Below, in pieces: positions 56,901 to 64,000 of a stretch of 64,000 bases of DNA. The notes beneath the pieces were generated by a model that did not search any database, was not told the DNA's origin, and saw nothing but the letters and a program-made list of their open reading frames with translations. This DNA is from a virus, in the IMG/VR virus record IMGVR_UViG_3300042731_011014, positions 32,001-96,000 of that record; one strand, given 5' to 3'. Each line of letters begins with the position of its first letter. Within the stretch, counting starts at the first letter, position 1. The translations under genes and the position numbers were made by a program.

Positions 56901-58280
56901 TCTTGCTATTGTATCCCTTTCAGGGCGATACTCTGTAAAAGCTCCTGGAGCAAAACCAGAATAAAAACTTTCAACCCCACACCATAAATTAAACGTACCA
57001 GTAAAACTGGTATCGCTTGTCTCAGAAAAATCAAAATAAATCCATGGGTTTTCATAAAATCCATCCGAATCAGCATCGGCACTTGGATCGACTTCAGCCG
57101 TGTCCGCTGAGTTATTTATTTTTAAAATAGTTATTGGACCACTGTCACTTCCAGTAAGAACGTCCGATCCATCGGTATCAAGTAATTTAAACCTAACATC
57201 CTTGATTATCTGTGAATCAGATCCGGACTTTCCAATATAAACTTTTCTTGGAAGCTGGAACTTGGTACTTGCAATACCTAAAGTAACTGGAACTCTTGAT
57301 GGTTCAGCAATATGTTTTGCTGGAAGTAATCCTCTATGAAGGCCGGTTGCAGTAGGCATTCTTGCAGACTGCGAAGCACCTCTAGTAAAAAGATCTGTTT
57401 GCGCTCCAGAATAGTAACTTTTTTTACCATAATAAATCTGCAAATTACCGGTATAATTAACATTGGAGGTCTCAGAAAAATCAAGATAAATCCATGGATT
57501 GGAATAAAACCCATCAACATCAGCATCGGTACTGGGATTAACTTCAGCTGTATCTGCTGAGTTGTTTACCTTTGAAATATAAATAGGCTTCCCATCATCA
57601 CCAAAAAGTGAAACCTCCCCATTTGCATCGAATAAAACAACGTTTTTATCTTTTATATCCTGAGAATCCGTTCCAATTTTACCAATATGTATCGATCTAT
57701 TAAGTTGAAACTTTGTACTAGCCACTGAAAGGGTTATTAATTCCATTGTAGGCTCAGAAATATACTTCGCTGGAATAAAACCGTACTTGGTACCAGTCGC
57801 CCACGGACGAGTTGAGTTAACCTCGTCCTGATAGATGGTAGCCGTATCAAAATCGGCAGATCCGGCAAGAATGGATACTTTAGCTAAAACCAGATCAGTT
57901 GACACAATGTCAGCTTCATCTATTAAAAGCATGCTAGCAGTAGTTTGAACATCTATATTATAGACAACTCTCATTACAAGAGCCACGATAATATCTGATC
58001 CAGTTGGAACCATCGTTCCATCGACTTCTATTGCTGATGTTTCGCGAATAGTTTGAGACCAACCGCTTTTTTCATATACTGCTACAGAATCGCCATTTGT
58101 TGGATCGGTTAAAACATTAAGCTTCTTTTCGCCAGCAACAGCTTCAACAATAAAACCTCTATATCTTCCAGTTGGCGCAACTGCATTAAGTTTTCTATTA
58201 CTACTTGCCGATGTGTAAGGCTCATACCATCTAGTTTCCACTCTCTCATTGCTAATATTTACAGTCTTATAAGTCGACAT
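53940..58280 (-). CDS. tailspike / tail fibre with parallel beta-helix (depolymerase-like) region and two internal duplications
   Basis: Many I.GN.I / GI.. PbH1-type repeats; duplicated N-region (...NNSADTAEV.PS.DAD.DGFY.NPWIY.DFSETS) and duplicated C-region (GHTVTDPILTLD...GGSYALSA...). Confidence 0.8.
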   Translation of the reverse strand: MSTYKTVNISNERVETRWYEPYTSASSNRKLNAVAPTGRYRGFIVEAVAGEKKLNVLTDPTNGDSVAVYEKSGWSQTIRETSAIEVDGTMVPTGSDIIVALVMRVVYNIDVQTTASMLLIDEADIVSTDLVLAKVSILAGSADFDTATIYQDEVNSTRPWATGTKYGFIPAKYISEPTMELITLSVASTKFQLNRSIHIGKIGTDSQDIKDKNVVLFDANGEVSLFGDDGKPIYISKVNNSADTAEVNPSTDADVDGFYSNPWIYLDFSETSNVNYTGNLQIYYGKKSYYSGAQTDLFTRGASQSARMPTATGLHRGLLPAKHIAEPSRVPVTLGIASTKFQLPRKVYIGKSGSDSQIIKDVRFKLLDTDGSDVLTGSDSGPITILKINNSADTAEVDPSADADSDGFYENPWIYFDFSETSDTSFTGTFNLWCGVESFYSGFAPGAFTEYRPERDTIARDRIQGIKDAVGNTIGAHVIEYPGFTFNDALSRVEWASTFKLMTNTGTVLSKSAGYHEILGANQNRVMLMNAATGEFTDIDATLGFDESYVPLAFFYYNTTLSQFDMSHDVVRTAEDRFKTIEITVSDSGPSDFYGSGCLNRAVSHIATILNHSQRDIINAKIKVIGDITLADPVDFNDVGFSGLARVSIEGFLLNNLTNDLPRIKWSFDSGNAFLCTGSEKNVFKNLKFEYSGSVSTYSAIKDPGHGSVIENCTFESGGELYYSISGSGNDVIARDCSLVNQVYGIYLTGIRCRIENVVAIGDATPAYATAEGLRTDGNYSLITGCYVDDFGGEGIFAGNLSSIENCASLNAGLRGIIVGAYSTIENCYASGNGGDSLLLLNGEESAAIGNYLLNSNADGITMSGIRGRCVGNIVDSAGTIAVHVGADSCLVSSNNINGGARGIEIDDYTTELVEMVNVINNIIDTVTEYGIYDNGARFSRYAGNIIYEPGYDGFYVSIGGTKSLVFSENIIWDPGVGYDGFSCDANFEADSVTISKNVMQKSAADGAGIRLATTAINPTPSVIEGNWISNFVTGIGAEKVVGSIVGNYVYSQGNSIETGESCAVTGNNVEVTGNGFNGIFARELSSILGNRIKASANSNGILIETNSTDVAITGNSILGSLAGINVPSLAHRCSMIGNVIRGTEEYGIVAASDNCVITGNNLVSVASGAGAHDAIRSVGEKSIIIGNNINSYAGSGNGIAIGSANVYVVRGNNLGGSGTDALLARFDGHTVTDPILTLDRTNCYIDLEIDGGGHNDIDVTGDLGAGGSYALSAIASNINTAIGSTVCFVDGTKLIFKAPREIKFTKPSNVQLEGHTVTDPILTLDATHYNINLDVDGNSVNDIDVTGDSGAGGSYALSAVAGNINTAMGSTVCYVNGLKLLFKGSSSIKFTAPSANDCTNFLLGLDESAYPHVSVTINDCLDSLLGLDKESHPHVFIQSENIDES

Positions 58281-58291
58281 CTAGCCCTCTC

Positions 58292-58999
58292 TTAATTGAT
58301 TAAATTTAATTTAACCATTATTGTATTTGCGCCTGTTTTCTCTCGCCTGTCAATAGTACCATATGCAACCATAATGTCATTCTCATCAAAAAGCCCTATC
58401 TCAGTCCAAAATGGGACTGGCCCATGAGGGTAAGATTTTCCATTATCGTTCGCTTCAGATAGATCAACATAGCACTTACAAATACAAGTACCAAAATCAT
58501 CGCCTTTAAATTCAAGTTTTGTAGCAGCATCAACACCAAAACTTTTTTGAAACGTTGCAAGATCGCTATCATTATCAGCTTCCAAGTCTGCCCTTGACGG
58601 ATCTGGCTCCTTAGGATCACCTCTATGTTGATAATCGCCATAAACTGTCGCTCCACCTGGAGGGGCGGTTGTAAATGTTACATCATACTCACCTGAGTTA
58701 TAATTAATCGTCCCATACCCATCCCCTGTAAAATTACCACTCCCATCATCGGTTAACGTTTGCGCACTTGTCGGCTCATCAATAGTGATACTATTAGGAA
58801 TTATAGGTTTATTTACAAAATTACCAGTAAAATTAGTTGTACCACCCGGTGCAACAGACATACTTTCATTATTAATAGTTGTAGGTAACCATCCACCTTC
58901 GCCAATACGAAAATAATCCATTTTATTATTAACACTACCCATTTGACCCTTCGCCGCCTCATCTCTGCCAATATTTGTCACAATAGCCCGATCTGCCAT
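58292..58999 (-). CDS. tail collar / baseplate wedge-associated protein
   Basis: TN.GR...YFRIGEG...EIGLFDENDIMVAYG is the P2 gpH N-terminal-like pattern. Confidence 0.7.
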   Translation of the reverse strand: MADRAIVTNIGRDEAAKGQMGSVNNKMDYFRIGEGGWLPTTINNESMSVAPGGTTNFTGNFVNKPIIPNSITIDEPTSAQTLTDDGSGNFTGDGYGTINYNSGEYDVTFTTAPPGGATVYGDYQHRGDPKEPDPSRADLEADNDSDLATFQKSFGVDAATKLEFKGDDFGTCICKCYVDLSEANDNGKSYPHGPVPFWTEIGLFDENDIMVAYGTIDRREKTGANTIMVKLNLIN

Positions 59000-59007
59000 A
59001 ATATCTC

Positions 59008-60324
59008 CTATGTTACTGTAACTTCTATGGTTACACGCGCACCATTATCAGTTGGACTATACCTGTACTCCAAATAAACTTTTTCCCCGGACTTTACTGG
59101 CAAAGAAAATGTAACATCTATAGATCCATCGGCATAAGTAACCGTGTTAGTTCCACCACCATCTACATCACCTGTTAGATTCCCGCTTCCATCATCTGTT
59201 ACAATCATATTTGATGAATCATTCGCCACAGCAGTAATAATCAATGATCCAGGAAAAATCTCCTTAAAATATGTTTCACCTGTAAAGTCTTGCTCAACAT
59301 TATCGCCAATACCAAAGGGCTCTAACCTTCTCCAAAATAACTGATCAGCCGGCAATGCATCATACCTATGGCCAAAATGAACATTCATTTCAACCTCTTC
59401 CTCAATTGGAATCCATTCAATATTAGCCGGCATAATCCGATCAAGTTTTTGTACAAGTTTTCTAAATGCTTCTGTTTGATTTACCTGAGGGTATGCTTGA
59501 ACACCCCACGGAGACGGACCAGGTGTAAATTTAAACCGTACAGCGCTAGTCTTACAGTGATCGCATTTTCCTTCAGCACATACATAATTGGCAAAAATCT
59601 TAGTACCAGGAGGTGGCGTTGATGTAAATTCAACCGAATACCTCCCTGTTGTATAATCAATAACCCCAGCCCCATCACCTGCAAGCGTCCCATCCTTGGA
59701 AGCTTCATCTGTTAAAACCTGGGACGTCACCTCATCAGTATATATAGTAACAGTGCCGGGTTTAATTGGATAACAAAGTGTGTTACCGGTTTTCTGAGAA
59801 TTCCATGACCACTCAATAGTACTCCATGTTCCCGGTCCGGCATTCTCTTCCTCAAAATCACAAACGATATTATCTACATCAACACCACCTGTTTCGCTGG
59901 CAGCGTTTTCAACTTCAATACCTATTTCAAGGGAATCAAGATCGGCATCTTCCCATTCCTCAGCCGTAGCAGGGTTATAATCCCAAGTCCAAGATAGATC
60001 AGTAAAACCACCAGTAGGCGTCTCTTGGGTTATATGAATAAAATCAAAATTATTTATTCTAAGAAAAGCCTTTACCTTGTAACCCGCAGCAGTTGGTTGT
60101 CTACATTTTGACCTAACAGTTACGCTATTAGGCCTCTTGTTTCCATAAATAGGTGAATAATCAGTTAATTTTGCACTGTATTTTGCAAACGCGAGTGCAG
60201 CAGGATCTAGGTTAATGTACGCAACACCATCAGCCGGATCCTCATTAACTCTTGGCCAAAATGGACCAGTACCAGTAACCTCCTGATAATATCCATCATT
60301 ATTTGGGACCAAAGTTCTGGTCAT
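59008..60324 (-). CDS. baseplate wedge-associated protein
   Basis: L.RIMPANIEW motif; shares the LTDDGSGN..GDG.G.I.Y..G...V.F module with the previous gene. Confidence 0.6.
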   Translation of the reverse strand: MTRTLVPNNDGYYQEVTGTGPFWPRVNEDPADGVAYINLDPAALAFAKYSAKLTDYSPIYGNKRPNSVTVRSKCRQPTAAGYKVKAFLRINNFDFIHITQETPTGGFTDLSWTWDYNPATAEEWEDADLDSLEIGIEVENAASETGGVDVDNIVCDFEEENAGPGTWSTIEWSWNSQKTGNTLCYPIKPGTVTIYTDEVTSQVLTDEASKDGTLAGDGAGVIDYTTGRYSVEFTSTPPPGTKIFANYVCAEGKCDHCKTSAVRFKFTPGPSPWGVQAYPQVNQTEAFRKLVQKLDRIMPANIEWIPIEEEVEMNVHFGHRYDALPADQLFWRRLEPFGIGDNVEQDFTGETYFKEIFPGSLIITAVANDSSNMIVTDDGSGNLTGDVDGGGTNTVTYADGSIDVTFSLPVKSGEKVYLEYRYSPTDNGARVTIEVTVT

Positions 60325-60332
60325 ATCAACCT

Positions 60333-61361
60333 CTAATCATTGGCGGCAACATGCACGTGCGCTGTAACCCGGTCGCCCATTGTAAAATCTTGCAATCTAT
60401 CTAATACTATTTTAAACCCTTTTGGCAGTGGAAACACCTCCCTTGCCGGGCCATCGTACCCTGAAACAAACTGATTCGGAGTACTACCGTCAAAAGCCAA
60501 TTCAAAAACACCATCATTTGATGGCTTAATCCATATCTTAATAGAATTTAACCTGATTCCATACTTATGCTCAACAGAAATCTCCACATTTGTACTCACG
60601 TCAGCGGAAGAATCTGGCTCTGGCACTTGAGCAACAACCTCTGGCGGTTCAGCCGAAACATAAAACGAATAAGTAAAATCACTCGCCGTACCAATAAGAT
60701 CTTCAGCGGTTACTCTAACAGGAATAGTTGCCTCATAAGCAAAATTAGAACTAGGAACAATTTTAAAATTAAATCCATTGGTTATCGATGTTTTAGTAAC
60801 AGTAAAATTATTTTTTTGATCGTCATCCTCCCATGCAACAACACTATCAACATAGATAACTACAGAATCGGCATTCACTCCTTGATTATCTGTTAGATCA
60901 AAAATTATAGGCCTATCAGACTCAACATACCTCTCGCTTCTTCCAGGATCAAAATTCGATAAAGATGGGCCAATCTCGTCTCTCGTTTGAAACTGATAAA
61001 TTTCATCAAGAACTTCACTACCAAATGATTCGGCATACACTTCAATGTTTATCCATGCATAATTAGCTAATAAATCATCTGGATTTATTTCATATCTAAA
61101 TCCATTTGAAATTATCGTCTTTGCTACCGAAAATCCCACCTGTTGAGTATCATTTTGCCATGCTGTAACTCCATCAACTCTAATAATTATAGAATCCTCA
61201 TCGACACCTGTAATATCATCGTAAACTTCTAAAATGATATTTTCATCTCTAAATACACCGGTCTCATTAGCCTGCGGATCTAAATTCCGCAATACCGGAG
61301 GCGCACCAATATCTTCATACCCATAAGATGCAATCCCATATTGTGTACCATATCCACCCAT
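60333..61361 (-). CDS. Ig-like repeat virion protein
   Basis: Three P.L....P...E..V...I...D..G....SI.I.VDG repeats. Confidence 0.65.
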   Translation of the reverse strand: MGGYGTQYGIASYGYEDIGAPPVLRNLDPQANETGVFRDENIILEVYDDITGVDEDSIIIRVDGVTAWQNDTQQVGFSVAKTIISNGFRYEINPDDLLANYAWINIEVYAESFGSEVLDEIYQFQTRDEIGPSLSNFDPGRSERYVESDRPIIFDLTDNQGVNADSVVIYVDSVVAWEDDDQKNNFTVTKTSITNGFNFKIVPSSNFAYEATIPVRVTAEDLIGTASDFTYSFYVSAEPPEVVAQVPEPDSSADVSTNVEISVEHKYGIRLNSIKIWIKPSNDGVFELAFDGSTPNQFVSGYDGPAREVFPLPKGFKIVLDRLQDFTMGDRVTAHVHVAAND

Positions 61362-61382
61362 AACGCCTCTCCAACAAATCTA

Positions 61383-64000
61383 TTATAACAATTTAACTCT
61401 AAACCAACTAAACGAAGCAGCAAAACCGCTAGAACCTTCATCAAATAAATAAATTCCAATTCGAGAAGGTGTAAAAACCGAATCAAACTCTCCGGACTTA
61501 TCCCAAACAGTGCCATCCGGAGAACATAAAAATTCATATAATTGAGTTGAATGCGTATATTTAATTTTTAAAAATACTAAATTATCATACCATACACGTT
61601 CAGCTTGATCTCCAGTAAAAGAACCATTTATAACCCGATCATGTTTTAAAACTTGCCCACCACCATCTTTTGCTCTCATCCAACCAACCCAATTACAAGA
61701 TCCACCACTATCTACACCATTATCCATAAATATTCCCACCATATGATAATTACTCCAAACAGTAGCTCTTAACTTAATATAGACCTCAAAATCAACCGAA
61801 TCAGGACTCATCTTTGCTAAGGTATGATGTTTTGTTATATCCCACCCACTACCATTACCATTAATATTCAACCATAATCTACCATCATCAATTCCCCACG
61901 TACCATAAGTCGGATCGGGATTTCCGCGACGTATCCAACTCCAATCACTGTCTAATGCTAATTGTCCCGATCCTGTAAATTCATCATCATATGATGATGG
62001 ACTACTTGGAGGAATATCTTCTTCATGACCAGCATAAATTGCAGTTGTCTCAATTACAACATCGTCCTCATACTCAATAATAGGATCAATAAAATAATGT
62101 CCACCACTCCAATTACTCGTCGGAAAAGCATCACTAGCCGTATAAAAACTTGGCCTGGCGTCTATGTTATAGGCATCGCCAATTGACCTAGGACCCTGAG
62201 TTAAAGTCGGACTACTTGCCTGCCAATGTTTCGCCTCACCCCAATAAATCGTCGCCATAAATTCCTCACCAATATCCGATCCAGAGATCTCAAAAGGTGA
62301 ATCGAACAACACTTCGTAAAAACCTGCTGTAGTGGGAGCATCCACGCTTTTTGTTTTTAGCTGGGATTGCCCGTCTACTCGCCACAAACTCAACTTATTA
62401 GTCAGGCTTCCAGTATAAGTGCCGCCGACATAATATCTGACCCCCACGATATTGCATGCTTTATTACAACGGAACTTGTTTCCTTGGGTGAATCTTCCGC
62501 TTGTATCCACCACCGCAGCATCCACGGCACTTGAGAAAAGATAACTATCCCTCTTTGTAGTTGTCTGAGGAGTTATCTGTGCGCCCTCTAACAAAACAGC
62601 GTCGAAGCCTTCTTCATCGCCAGAAGCTTTAATCGTTACAATATTACTGGAAGGGTTATATTTGTACTGGAGCTGCTGTTCCGCAGAACTTCCAGAAAAT
62701 ACGCCAACATAATCAAGTTTTTGGCCATTGCGATAAAATAATAAATGATAACCCGAAAGGGTATCAGCAAGACCAGCTCCCCCAGGCGTTTTATTTAGAT
62801 TAAAATAAACGTTCGCATCGGGTGTTTCAGTTCCGTCGGTTGTAAAATGTTGCTCCACTAAATGAGTAGCATTTTCATAAAGATTGATATTGTTATAAAC
62901 AAGACTAAATTTCTGGAAATGTGTATCTGTTGCAGGCTGGCTTCCCCAAACAACAATGAGCAATGCTATTATATTTTTATTGTAACTAAACTCTTGATCA
63001 AACTCTCTAACAATTGTCATGTCGTCTAAGGACGGTTCATTGTCAACATCATTCGCTGAAGCCAAATAATAAATTCTATTTCCTCGCCGCATAATAGCTA
63101 ACCAAGCATAATCTTGGTCTGTTGGAATAACACTCGTATGGTGTTGTTCACCGTCATCAACAACAGAATGAATTCTATAAGTACCAGAATGATAACTTAG
63201 TTGATTCCTGCCGTAATCAGTTTTAGAACCATCTAAATAATGGACAATCCCTCCAGCATTTGAATTAGCGGAATTTACTACATTACTCACAAAAACTTTA
63301 GCAACAAAATCTAATGGTTCGATTGATAATTTTAAATTTGGTGCAGTAAACGTTGAACCATACCAGTCTAAAGTTAACCCACCGGAACTTCTTCCAATTG
63401 CAAGCTTAGTGTCGTCTTCTATAATAGTTGGATCTGGATCTGCAACGTCAACAATATCCTTAGTCCAATTATCATGGATATCCGAATTATTTAAGTTATC
63501 GTGAAAGTCTATTCCTTGGCCGACGTAACCTCGGAGACGAGTTGATACTGTTTCGTATTTGAGACTAAATTTTCTAAATTCGCATGACCATGCTCCATTA
63601 TATGTCCAACCTACATGCACTAAAGCAATTGCCGCATTACCGTACGGAACCGATACACTTTGCGTCGTTGCGTAGGTCATTAAATCAATATTTGGCTCAT
63701 CAGTATAACTACCAATAGAATAATACAAGATAAGATCGCCACCACGTCGGCGAATAGCTAACCAACAATTATCCTGTCCAATGTCAGCAACAATGGTGTT
63801 GTCACTGCTGATATTCCAAAGTAATTGCCAAGCACCGCTATTTGAACGTAAACCAAACCTCATCTTTGTATTAATATTGGAAAAATCGTAGTAAGCCAAG
63901 ACTACTTCGGTCCAATTCTGCACAGTTTTATTTGAGACATGCACCTTAACCGCGAAATCATAATGTTGGGGTAATAAATAAACTCTTGGGGCATTGACTC
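61383..64000 (-). CDS. large virion protein with lectin-like and DUF4082-like domains (5' end beyond the window)
   Basis: Frame stays open to the window edge; GNKF....IVGVRYY...LSLW...G resembles DUF4082; DDEF lectin-type motifs. Confidence 0.7.
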   Translation of the reverse strand, partial: VNAPRVYLLPQHYDFAVKVHVSNKTVQNWTEVVLAYYDFSNINTKMRFGLRSNSGAWQLLWNISSDNTIVADIGQDNCWLAIRRRGGDLILYYSIGSYTDEPNIDLMTYATTQSVSVPYGNAAIALVHVGWTYNGAWSCEFRKFSLKYETVSTRLRGYVGQGIDFHDNLNNSDIHDNWTKDIVDVADPDPTIIEDDTKLAIGRSSGGLTLDWYGSTFTAPNLKLSIEPLDFVAKVFVSNVVNSANSNAGGIVHYLDGSKTDYGRNQLSYHSGTYRIHSVVDDGEQHHTSVIPTDQDYAWLAIMRRGNRIYYLASANDVDNEPSLDDMTIVREFDQEFSYNKNIIALLIVVWGSQPATDTHFQKFSLVYNNINLYENATHLVEQHFTTDGTETPDANVYFNLNKTPGGAGLADTLSGYHLLFYRNGQKLDYVGVFSGSSAEQQLQYKYNPSSNIVTIKASGDEEGFDAVLLEGAQITPQTTTKRDSYLFSSAVDAAVVDTSGRFTQGNKFRCNKACNIVGVRYYVGGTYTGSLTNKLSLWRVDGQSQLKTKSVDAPTTAGFYEVLFDSPFEISGSDIGEEFMATIYWGEAKHWQASSPTLTQGPRSIGDAYNIDARPSFYTASDAFPTSNWSGGHYFIDPIIEYEDDVVIETTAIYAGHEEDIPPSSPSSYDDEFTGSGQLALDSDWSWIRRGNPDPTYGTWGIDDGRLWLNINGNGSGWDITKHHTLAKMSPDSVDFEVYIKLRATVWSNYHMVGIFMDNGVDSGGSCNWVGWMRAKDGGGQVLKHDRVINGSFTGDQAERVWYDNLVFLKIKYTHSTQLYEFLCSPDGTVWDKSGEFDSVFTPSRIGIYLFDEGSSGFAASFSWFRVKLL

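Noticed and set aside
273-59622. Numerous plus-strand ORFs of 60-150 aa opposite long minus-strand genes
   Set aside because: Antisense shadows with no RBS or motifs; only 17837..18022 and 18089..18289 have expression signals.
1-64000. Stop-codon reassignment
   Set aside because: Conserved genes (thyA, folA, nrdJ, udg, helicases) are full length under code 11, and TAG, TGA and TAA all terminate genes at coupled junctions.

Overview
A 64-kb, AT-rich, gene-dense segment of a large tailed phage genome, probably with a contractile tail, read with genetic code 11. Nearly all genes are on the minus strand. From right to left it holds: a virion module (about 34.7-64 kb: baseplate, tube initiator, beta-helix tailspike, fibres, lysis-type membrane proteins, patatin, a repeat fibre); a nucleotide-metabolism and accessory block (about 18-34.6 kb: class II RNR, UDG, UvrD-like helicase, GHKL ATPase, ThyA, DHFR, pilin-like protein); a short strand-switch region with two plus-strand genes (17.3-18.3 kb); and a replication module (0-17 kb: initiator, DnaC-like loader, DnaB, primase, SSB, MazG-like protein, SF2 helicase, AdoMetDC-like protein). 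Seven inteins lie in four replication or nucleotide genes. Features missed by the ORF track include a complete IscB-type omegaRNA (HEARO-like) element with IS200/IS605 ends but no nuclease gene (51384-51726), a TnpB 3'-end-only insert (about 26260-26499), a tRNA-like gene with an oversized anticodon arm (21322-21410), a roughly 210-nt structured RNA ending in a T-arm (6403-6613) and a family of related promoters. All assignments come from motif recognition by eye; no database search was run.
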